From the NCBI GenBank assembly GCA_963703955.1, contig CAVPGK010000010.1, forward strand, positions 32,001 through 96,000: a stretch of DNA of 64,000 nucleotides. The letters run 5' to 3'. This document shows positions 53,533 to 61,677 of the stretch, piece after piece. The position numbers were made by a program, and so were the translations under genes. The stretch's first letter is position 1. Every line of letters begins with the position of its first letter. The stretch is from Nitrospirota bacterium. Lineage in GTDB: Bacteria > Nitrospirota > Nitrospiria > Nitrospirales > Nitrospiraceae. The notes beneath the pieces are model-generated. The model ran no database searches. It was not told where the DNA came from and saw only the letters and a list, made by a program, of their open reading frames with translations.

Positions 53533-55947
53533 TTAGCGTTGCATCGGCGCGACGCCGGCGCCAGCAAAGAACGTTTTCAACCGGTCGAACCAGGCGGCTC
53601 GTTCCTCCGCGCCCTGGAAAAAGCTCATTTGCCCGGTCGCCCGTTGAACCCTCGCAAGGTCGATGAGAAAGTCATACACCGCATTGGCCGCGGCCTCGTT
53701 CGCGGTCACGGCTGCATTCTGTGAATTCAGCAGTTTGATGATATCCACCGCCCCTCGTGAGTATTGATCTTCGACGAGATCCAATGTCTTGCGGGCTGAC
53801 TCGGCGGATTTCTGCGAGAGCCGAATGCTGGGAAACGACGCACCGGTTTGATACAGGGCGCTGCGGACACGCTCCGTCGACGCGTTGCCGTGTCGCGTCG
53901 CGCTCGGTCTGCAGTTGGCGGAGCTCTTCGCGCGATTTCAGCGCGGTGGCCTTTTTATTGCCGCCTTTGAACAAGCGGAAAGGTCAGTGTGATACTCCCC
54001 ACATACGAATTGACATCTGGCCCCGTCGTGACACCGGCAATCGGTCCACCCGGAAGGGCCAGGCCCCCTACTCCTCCTGACTGGCTGGCGTACTGCTGCG
54101 CAGCCGTTCCGAACATGACGAGATCGGGCATGTAATAGGCGCGCTCAGCATTGAGGATGGTGCGCTCGCTTGCTGCGATCAACGCGTCAAGCGCCCGTAT
54201 CTCGGGAGCGGCCTTGATCCCTTCTTCGACTTGGAAGTCCCGAAACACCTGAAACCCCCGTGGATTCTCGACGTACGCAAACAGTTCTCCCCTATCGCCG
54301 AGCACGGCCGGGTCCTCGAGGGTCTGCTCCACCGTGGAAAATGCCTCCTCCAACGGACGGTTGAGCACGCGGTTCAAGACCACTTCCGCCTGCCGAGCTT
54401 GTGCGTCCGCTGACACCACATCCTTTTGCCCGTTGGCGATCTCGGACTCCCAGCGAAAGACTTCGTCTCGCAGGGCATAGCCGGCGAATTCTCGAGCAGT
54501 GGCCAACTCTAAATTGGAGCGCGTCAGCTTCAGATTGTCTTTGTGGATGCGCCGCACCGTCTTTGCGCGAAGCACCCTCAGATAGGCAATCGCGCCAGCT
54601 TGACCAGTGTCCAGCCGCAACTGGTTTCTTTCCTCTTCGCGGGACACTTGCTTCTTCTGTTCGACCCTGTAGCGCGTCCAGATGTCGTCCGAATAGAGAG
54701 TCTGTCGAAATCCACCAAGCAGCGATCGCCGATTGCCCCGGATCAGCACCCGTTCCGAAGGTATCCGGCCCCCGGCCCGCGATGACGCCCGCTGTGCCAA
54801 CGAGAACCTGCGGCAGAAGGTCGGACCGCGCCTGCCCCACCGCTCCGCGTCCCGCCTCTACCTTCCGGTTCGCCGCAGCCAAATCCAGGTTTCCTTCCAT
54901 GGCCTGGCGCACGGCATCAAAGAGCGAGAGGCGGGGGCCGGGCCTGACCGCATCTTCATTCAGCAGATCCGCCTCCGTGAGAACCTGAAAGCTAGGCCAC
55001 TTATCGATCGCCCGGACCGTCGCCATATTGATCGTGAGATGCTCACCCCGTGCAAAGGCGACTTCAATCTGTCCCGCGTCGGTTCCCGACAAGATGCGTT
55101 GAACATTCGCCGCAACGGTCCGCGCCAATTTCCTGACATCGACGTCGGGTGAAAGCGCGACGGCGATCCCCCGATCAACGTCGCGCTGTCCGAGGCTCGA
55201 AAAGCTCGGAAGACGGCGTTCGATCAGACCGGCCGCCAGGCGAGCGAACTCCGGCGATGACACACGCGGCAGCACCGACACGTACACCGCTTCGGTATCT
55301 GGAGGCAGTGCGTTCAGTGCCGTTTCAGCCGAGGCCGCCACGGGAATGATCGTGGCCTCTACGCCGACCTTTTCCGCCATCCGTCGGATGCGGCTTTCGA
55401 GGGATGGGGTGGTCTCCAGCAAGGAGCCATCGATGAGGACGCTGAGACGGGTAAACGGAAAGATTTCCTTGAATGTTGTGAGGTTCCGCTCGGATCCCTT
55501 TAATGACGTCAGATAATGCAAGTTCTTTATGCCGCTGGCTCCCTTTTTCAGCGGCAATCCCTGCAAGTGCGGATCGAGTGCCACCGGAGCGATGACCGGT
55601 TTCGGCAAATCCTTCCGCTGGGACACGTCACTGGTGGCAAGGAAACCAAGCGCGATGACGACATTGATGCGACGATCGCTCAGGACCCGGTCCAACGCCT
55701 GTTTGACGCCCTGTGCCGACCACCCGCCCTGCAGCTGCACATCGTTGGGAAACCGGACGTCAAATTCGCGGCTCGTGACCTCACGGATTTCTTGCTGGAC
55801 CAAGCTCACGAATTCCGGCACCACGTCGGACGAACCGTCCTCTACAATTGCGATTTGGACGACAGGCAGCGGCTTGGTCTCCGCTTCCTGACTCCAGGAC
55901 AGGGCGAGACCTACAGCGATGATGTAAGTCCACGTTTTGAGATGCAT
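53533..55947 (-). CDS. TolC-family protein with a long N-terminal periplasmic-binding-like domain; frameshifted
   Basis: Signal peptide. About 320 aa ending LTINMATVRAI (ABC substrate-binding-like), followed by OEP repeats LSLFDAVRQAM, AYLRVLRA, YSRGAVDIIKLL. Confidence 0.78.
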
Positions 55948-56137
55948 AGGCCGTCACTCCTCAACAAGGTTACTTGTCCTTTTCGATACGAATTCCTGCC
56001 TCGCTCGACGCCTACCGCCCTCCGCATGTCTTCGACACGTGATGACCGACGGGCAAACTTGCGGACGAGATGTACCCGCTTCTTGTAGAACGTCCAAGTA
56101 GCTGATATTCACCGGTTCAATCTGGATCGCCCTCAAT

Positions 56138-56383
56138 TTACAAAGGTTGTTTATGACCGAGAATCTCTCGCTCCGCTTCGAGCCAATCGTCGAGCGCATG
56201 GCCTTCTCGGTAGCCCCCCTCTGCGTACAATTCATAGGCGTGCTTGGCGATCAACTGGTGCACATCCGCTGGCGTAATCTCGGGGGCGGAAGCTCCGCTA
56301 TGTTCGCCGGGAGACTTCCTAGTGATGGGCATAGCCGCTGGCTTGTCCTTTTCCTTCTGCTTCCTCAGCACGGTACGGAACAT
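56138..56383 (-). CDS. DUF2934 domain protein
   Basis: IAKHAYELY..GGYREGHALDDWLEAEREI. AGGAG RBS. Confidence 0.85.
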   Translation of the reverse strand: MFRTVLRKQKEKDKPAAMPITRKSPGEHSGASAPEITPADVHQLIAKHAYELYAEGGYREGHALDDWLEAEREILGHKQPL

Positions 56384-56671
56384 GGGGCTTCTCCTTTCTC
56401 TCCACCTACCACCGGCAGAGTGGAATGGAGCTTGAACAGATCCTCTGCAGCTGATAATTGCCGGTGCCTACCACGGAACGTCCTTGTTACACAAAGATAA
56501 TGAGCGGCTTCAGAATCCCATCGGCCTTCGTTCTCATCAGATCAGTCGGGTGAACATAGCCTCGGCTTCTCTTTAGTTGAGCGAAGCGCTGTAGCATGCG
56601 ACAAACATGAGCGAGCGACCCACGCCACAATCCATCCGTGGCGTGGCAACGTTTAGCCGGTCTCCTCCTCA

Positions 56672-56932
56672 TTATCGTTCCGCCCGTTCTTTGCGAATCC
56701 ACTCACGGATGTAGCTGGGACAGTTGGTGATTCGGCCATTGTGGGTTTCGAAACGCACCAGGAATCTGACTGCATCTCGATCAACGAGCTTAACGTCTGT
56801 CAAATTGAGAACCACGGGCTTGCGATAACTTTCCATTACCCTTTTCAGTTCCGGCAGATCGTCGGCCTGGATGCGACCACTCAGAGCAAGCGTCACGAGA
56901 TCTGGACGCTCTGATGTTTCAATCCGAATCAT
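56672..56932 (-). CDS. Small STAS-like protein (copy 1)
   Basis: MIRIE..VTLALSGRI..VVLNLTDVKLVDRDAVRFL..NCPSYIREWI. Confidence 0.75.
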   Translation of the reverse strand: MIRIETSERPDLVTLALSGRIQADDLPELKRVMESYRKPVVLNLTDVKLVDRDAVRFLVRFETHNGRITNCPSYIREWIRKERAER

Positions 56933-56958
56933 TGGACCATGTAGGTTGCTTGGATTGC

Positions 56959-56973
56959 GCAATGTTAATGCCA
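56959..56973 (-). promoter_or_regulatory. Sigma54 -24/-12 promoter (copy 1)
   Basis: Minus strand TGGCAT-TAACA-TTGC, with exact GG-N10-GC spacing, ~27 bp upstream of the ATG. Confidence 0.8.
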
Positions 56974-57026
56974 ATCGCAACCGGTGGATACTTCGATGAC
57001 TATGAGAGCCGATAGTGATGAAGAAC

Positions 57027-57052
57027 TCGCAAATTTACGACTTTCGTGAAAA
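57027..57052. promoter_or_regulatory. Candidate upstream activator site (copy 1)
   Basis: TCGCAAATTTACGA near-palindrome followed by TTTCGTGAAA. Conserved in the second copy. Confidence 0.65.
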
Positions 57053-57100
57053 GTGATTTGCTTCTTAGGAACTGTGTCGCATGCGAAGAACATACGAACA

Positions 57101-57232
57101 TCATTCTGAGGTCCTTCGGCAATACTCAGGACAGGCTCCTGCGAAGAATCCGCGGAGCGTTCTCAGTGCAGCGAAGAATCTCAGTTCCTTCCCTACGTTC
57201 AGGACTAGTCTTCGCTGCGGCTCAGGATGACA
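57101..57232. repeat. REP-like nested palindromic element
   Basis: Outer inverted repeat TCATTCTGAG/CTCAGGATGA, inner GCAGCGAAGA/TCTTCGCTGC. It resembles the widespread GTCATCCTGAGCGCAGCGAAG-type palindrome. Confidence 0.65.
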
Positions 57233-57306
57233 AATGCGAATGTTAGCGGTGGAAGAATGCACCCGACTTCCGCAGCTCGCATAATGAGAGCCTCGGAATT
57301 GGGATA

Positions 57307-57835
57307 CTAAGACACGCGCCCGGCGATCCGATCCATCTCCTCCATCACGTAGCCATAGGACAAGCCGTGAAACCCATAACGTTGAACCTGTGGAATCGCG
57401 GGATCGCGGTCCGTACAGGCGTCGATAAGTGAAATCTCCAGCGGCAAATGGTCTGGATCCAATGGACAGAGGGCGCGAAGCACGTCGATGAGTTCGGCGG
57501 AAATCCAGTGAGGCTGGCGGTACCGTACGCCTCCATGCACGATGCGATGTCCGATCGCCGCCACGACCTTCAAACCGACCTTCTCTTCGAGAAAGTCCAG
57601 GACCGGCCCCACGCAGCCAGAGGGCTCTGAGGCGTTCAGGACGACCGAGTGGGATTGCCCGAGTCATCGCGCTCGTTGCCGTCAATGTTGTCCCCGGCAG
57701 GCCGATCCGCTCGACCTTTCCTGAGAGGATCCGGCGTAGCCGCCGGCTCATCGCAAACAGCCCAAACTTGATACTCGATGAGCCGCCGTTCATCGTGATG
57801 ATGTACGGCTTGCGCGTATCGGGATTCGTTCTCAT
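57307..57835 (-). pseudogene. ackA: Remnant of a second acetate/propionate kinase
   Basis: NGGSSSIKF, GKVERIG, AIGHRIVHGG, DPDHLP, QRYGFHGLSY. The FDTAFH segment and the C-terminal half are missing. Frameshifted. Confidence 0.85.
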
Positions 57836-57861
57836 GTCTTCGCTTTCTAGCTCTTCACGGT

Positions 57862-58155
57862 CTATACAGCGAGTCGCTTCCTCGGCCTCGCGAGGCTCAC
57901 CAGATATTCCCCTCGGCCAATGACCCGCAGGGTGATCGCGCCGGCTCGGCTGAGCCGATCTACGGCGAGGAACAGCTGCGCCCAGCTGGCCGACGGAACC
58001 GAGGCCCCCAGGTCATCCAAAGTCTGCGGGCCGTTCCGTTCAAGAATCGCCAGCAACCATTCGTGTCGCCCCGGTTGCTTGGCAGAGTCCATCTCATCAT
58101 CGGGATCGATCGCCGCAAGAGCTGTGATCGGTTCATCTTTCGCCATCGTCGTCAT
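57862..58155 (-). CDS. Small hypothetical protein, possible winged-helix
   Basis: AAGG RBS. LERNGPQTLDDL...SWAQLFLAVDRLSRAGAITL. Confidence 0.65.
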   Translation of the reverse strand: MTTMAKDEPITALAAIDPDDEMDSAKQPGRHEWLLAILERNGPQTLDDLGASVPSASWAQLFLAVDRLSRAGAITLRVIGRGEYLVSLARPRKRLAV

Positions 58156-58221
58156 GCCTTTCTTGTTCCGTGATCTACCAGCTTTGGCGTGCGAAGACGC
58201 CTGTACCGAGGGTCGTTTACT

Positions 58222-58455
58222 TCAGCGCTTCAGGCGGCTCACGTCTCCAAAACGCTCGCGGAAGGCCGCGCGGGTCATGGCCACGCTTGAGGTATATCGC
58301 ATCACCGCTTCATCGTTGCCAACATCCGCCTCTGACAGCCGAACCATATAGCGGCGTGCGATTTCATACGAGCAGGACCAGGTATCGACCAGGCGAACCC
58401 TGGTGCGGCCGGTGACCGGGTCCAACATCGAGCTGAATGGGATGGGCAGGAACTC
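58222..58455 (-). pseudogene. pfp: C-terminal remnant of a PPi-dependent phosphofructokinase
   Basis: EFLPIPFSSMLDPVTGRTRVRLVD...YEIARRYMVRL...FRERF resembles Pfp C-termini as I recall them. No N-terminal GG/PGN region. Confidence 0.65.
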
Positions 58456-58610
58456 ACGCCGAATTTCTTACCGCGTCCGCTCGCACCCATGGGACACCTT
58501 CTTTGCGTGACACCATTAATATGCGCTTCGACAATGCCTCTTCCTTCTCTGCTCCGCGCAGTGCCCTAAAGAGTTTTGACCGGATATGGTCCGTGGAATC
58601 TGTTCACAAC

Positions 58611-60707
58611 TTAATCTGATGCATGCTTCCACGACATCGCCGCTCGCGCACGAAAGAGATCGGCGTAGATGTCACGATACGATAAGCCGTCCACGCGTTC
58701 GGCCTGGACACTCACCCGGCCCCACCGCCCAGGGATGTTATCGATTCTGAGCGAGGTGATCCACTGAGGGAGGGCCGGTGCGGACGTGAGTGTGTCGCCG
58801 AGCGGCTCGAGGCCGAGCAGGACACGGAAGGCCAGGAGCGGAGTTCCTGACGCCCAGGCCTGTGGGCTGCAGGCGGTGGGGTATTCGACCGGGAAGACCG
58901 TATGGTCGCGGCCGTAGCCGGCAAACACTTCAGGCAGCCGATTCTGGAAAAAGTAGGACGCCTGCAGGATCGCCAGCGCAACCCGGCTTGCCGCCTCGCG
59001 CTGTCCGTACCGGGCGAGCCCCGCCGCCAGGATGGAGCAGTCGTGGGGCCACACCGTGCCGATGTGGTACCCGATGGGGTTGTAGGCCGCCTCACTTTGT
59101 GCCATCGTCCGCACGCCCCACCCTGAGAACAGATCGGGTCCGGTCAGATGGCGAACGACAGGGGCCGCTTTGTCCTCATCCACGATGCCGCTCCAGAGCA
59201 GATGCCCCATGTTCGACGTCAGCGTGTCCACTTGTCGCTTCGCTCCATCAAGGGCGAGCGCAAAGCACTCCCGATCGGCAACCCAGAAGTCGCGATTAAA
59301 GCGGCTTTTTAGAAGGGCCGCTTCGCGCATGAGTCGGTCGGCCAACGCGGGGTCCCCCCAGATCTCTCGTGCGAGTCTGCTGCAACGCCTCTTGGCGTCG
59401 TACACATAACCCTGGATCTCGCACGTGGCCCGCGGCGTTGGGGCAAGTCGCCCATCGGGATAGACGATCGAGTTCCAGGAGTCCTTCCAGCACTGGTTTT
59501 CAAGACCCGCCTCGGTCTTCCGTTCGTACTCGATATAGCCGTCTCCATCGGAGTCGCCGAACCGGTCGATCCAGTCAAAGGCTGCCCGAGCCGATCCTTC
59601 CAGCTCGCCGACGAGCGCAGTATCTCCCGTCCAGCGCTCGTACTCATCGAGCAGAACCAGAAACAACGGCGTCGCGTCGGCGGTCCCATAATAGGGACCG
59701 TGCGGCCTTTCGCCAAATGCGGTGAGCTCGCCGAAACGCAGCTCGTGAAGGATTTTTCCGGGTTCCTCTTCCCGGTAGTGATCGACCTCCCTGCCCTGCC
59801 GTGCCGCGAGCATGCGGAGCGTGGTCGCGGCCAGCTCGGGGACGAACGGCAACGCCTGGTAGCTGGTGATCAAGCTGTCCCGGCCGAACAGCGCCATGAA
59901 CCAAGGCAGGCCGGCGGCGGGCAGTAATGCTTCCTCGAGGATTCCCGGGTTGAAACGCAGACTGGCGAGATCGACCATGCTGCGCTCATATGTTTGGCGC
60001 AGCAAATCCGGATAGGCCGACACGCTCGGAGTATTCTCTACCCACTGCTGCAGGCTCCGGCGCGGGTTTCGATACGGGGCCGTAGGACTACGGTGCGTCG
60101 GCCGCTGAACCTCTTCACCTATCGCCGGTTGGACGGTCAGGTATGTAGTCCATTCCGATCTCGCACCGAGCTGAACCTTGAATGAGAGACCCTGCGCGTC
60201 TACCTCGAAGGGCTCGCTGGAGCTGATCGACGTTTCGCGGACAAAGTCGGCGCGCCGATAGCCAAGGACGAGGTTGCCTTCACGGATCTCGCGATAGTAC
60301 TCGCCCTTCTTCGTGAGGACCTCCTTCACCTCGAACAGATCGGCGAAGTCCGCCCCCGCCTCAAAACGCACGATCAGCGCCGTAGGGTCCGCGCCGTGGT
60401 TCATCAGAGTCACCTGTTCGACAAAGCCCTCCTCGATGGAACGCTTCCGCATGACGGAAAGAGTGCCATCTTCCCCGATGCGACCTGTTGGCAGCCTGAG
60501 GAAGAATTGAACGAAATAATACTCGAGCGTGTCGGCAGAGAGGGCCTCCGGGGCGACATCATTGACCGTGAGGACCCAGTGTGACAGATGCCGAGTATCC
60601 TTGTAGAAAAACCCGCTCGGCTCGGCGGGCGACGCGTCGATGTCACCGGCGCGGTTCGAGACTACGAACGTCGATCCAGCCAAAACGCTGATCGAGTCGG
60701 CTGACAT
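58611..60707 (-). CDS. Amylo-alpha-1,6-glucosidase (glycogen debranching enzyme, N-terminal domain plus alpha/alpha barrel)
   Basis: DTRHLS, DFADLFEVK, AAGLPWFMALFGRDS, EEPGKILHE, YYGTADATPLF, NQCWKDS, YHIGTVWPHD, ACSPQAW. Confidence 0.92.
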   Translation of the reverse strand: MSADSISVLAGSTFVVSNRAGDIDASPAEPSGFFYKDTRHLSHWVLTVNDVAPEALSADTLEYYFVQFFLRLPTGRIGEDGTLSVMRKRSIEEGFVEQVTLMNHGADPTALIVRFEAGADFADLFEVKEVLTKKGEYYREIREGNLVLGYRRADFVRETSISSSEPFEVDAQGLSFKVQLGARSEWTTYLTVQPAIGEEVQRPTHRSPTAPYRNPRRSLQQWVENTPSVSAYPDLLRQTYERSMVDLASLRFNPGILEEALLPAAGLPWFMALFGRDSLITSYQALPFVPELAATTLRMLAARQGREVDHYREEEPGKILHELRFGELTAFGERPHGPYYGTADATPLFLVLLDEYERWTGDTALVGELEGSARAAFDWIDRFGDSDGDGYIEYERKTEAGLENQCWKDSWNSIVYPDGRLAPTPRATCEIQGYVYDAKRRCSRLAREIWGDPALADRLMREAALLKSRFNRDFWVADRECFALALDGAKRQVDTLTSNMGHLLWSGIVDEDKAAPVVRHLTGPDLFSGWGVRTMAQSEAAYNPIGYHIGTVWPHDCSILAAGLARYGQREAASRVALAILQASYFFQNRLPEVFAGYGRDHTVFPVEYPTACSPQAWASGTPLLAFRVLLGLEPLGDTLTSAPALPQWITSLRIDNIPGRWGRVSVQAERVDGLSYRDIYADLFRARAAMSWKHASD

Positions 60708-60902
60708 ACTGGAACCCTTCCGGCGTCTGTGTTCATCGTTCTGACAAGTGCTTGCCCTCCGGCTCAACGGGACGGCAGGCATCGTCCCTGCAACATGACC
60801 GCCTCCGTCGTATTCCTCTAAGATCGCGCCAACTATGCCAAGCGCAGTCAGCTTGAGGAGGGTCCGGCGAAGGAACTTCATTCTTCTTGCACCAGCGCCA
60901 CG

Positions 60903-61245
60903 CTACTTCGGGCTCACGGGTTGTCCAACGACCGGGCCGACAGGCTGAGAAGGCGCCCCTTCAGGCGACCACCCTCCTCCTAACGCCTTGTAGAGCTGCA
61001 CCATCATCGTGAGCTGCGCCCGGCGTGTGTCCGCGAGCGACAGTTCCGCAGAAAACAGACTGCGCTGCGCCGTCAGCAGGTCAAGATAACTGGCCCGCCC
61101 GCCCTGATAACGCTGCATCGCGAAGCCCAGCGCCGACTGCAACACCGCCATTCTCCAGGTCTTGGAACGCCGACAGGATGGTGCGCTGATAGGCCGCCAG
61201 CGCCTGCCGCATCTGGGCTTCGTTGGCTTTCACCTGAGATCCGAC
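60903..61245 (-). pseudogene. C-terminal remnant of an efflux outer membrane factor
   Basis: QVKANEAQMRQALAAYQRTILSAFQDLEN, a deletion, then VAVLQSA...RYQGGRASYLD..TAQR...QLYKALGGGWSP. Paralog of 19672-21147. Confidence 0.85.
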
Positions 61246-61249
61246 GGGA

Positions 61250-61452
61250 GACCCGGCGGGACCTGTTTCGAAATTCGCCAGAAATGTGACTACCTCGCGA
61301 TGGACCAGCGTGACTCCTTTCAAATCGAGAATCACAGGAGGCTTGTGACTTTCGATTAACCTTTTTAGCTCCGGCAAATCGCTTGCTTCTATCCGGCCAA
61401 TCACAGCGAAGATCACTCGATCCCGACGCACCGATGTTTCAATCCGAATCAT
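61250..61452 (-). pseudogene. STAS-like protein copy 2, C-terminally truncated and fused in frame to the OMF remnant
   Basis: MIRIETS...GRIEASDLPELKR...FLANFET aligns with copy 1, then switches to OMF sequence. Confidence 0.8.
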
Positions 61453-61480
61453 TTAGACCATCTCTCGTTGCTTGCATTGC

Positions 61481-61495
61481 GCAATGTTCATGCCG
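61481..61495 (-). promoter_or_regulatory. Sigma54 -24/-12 promoter (copy 2)
   Basis: Minus strand CGGCAT-GAACA-TTGC, in the same position relative to the ATG as copy 1. Confidence 0.75.
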
Positions 61496-61548
61496 ATCGC
61501 AACCGTGGATACTTTCGATGACTATGAGGGCCGATGGTGATGAAGAAG

Positions 61549-61574
61549 TCGTAAATTTACGAGTTTCGTGAAAA
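61549..61574. promoter_or_regulatory. Candidate upstream activator site (copy 2)
   Basis: Perfect 14-bp palindrome TCGTAAATTTACGA plus TTTCGTGAAA, just downstream of the EBP gene. Confidence 0.7.
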
Positions 61575-61677
61575 ATGTTCTGCTCTTTGGCTGGAGAGTG
61601 AAACGCAACCGTGGGTGGACAAGCCTGAGGAAGGTCTAGGGATGGGATCGAAGGGCTTGGAAGAATCTGGAGCGGAA

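Noticed and set aside
57083..57232. Possible mini CRISPR array
   Set aside because: Repeats are short, inverted and irregularly spaced. No spacers or cas genes.
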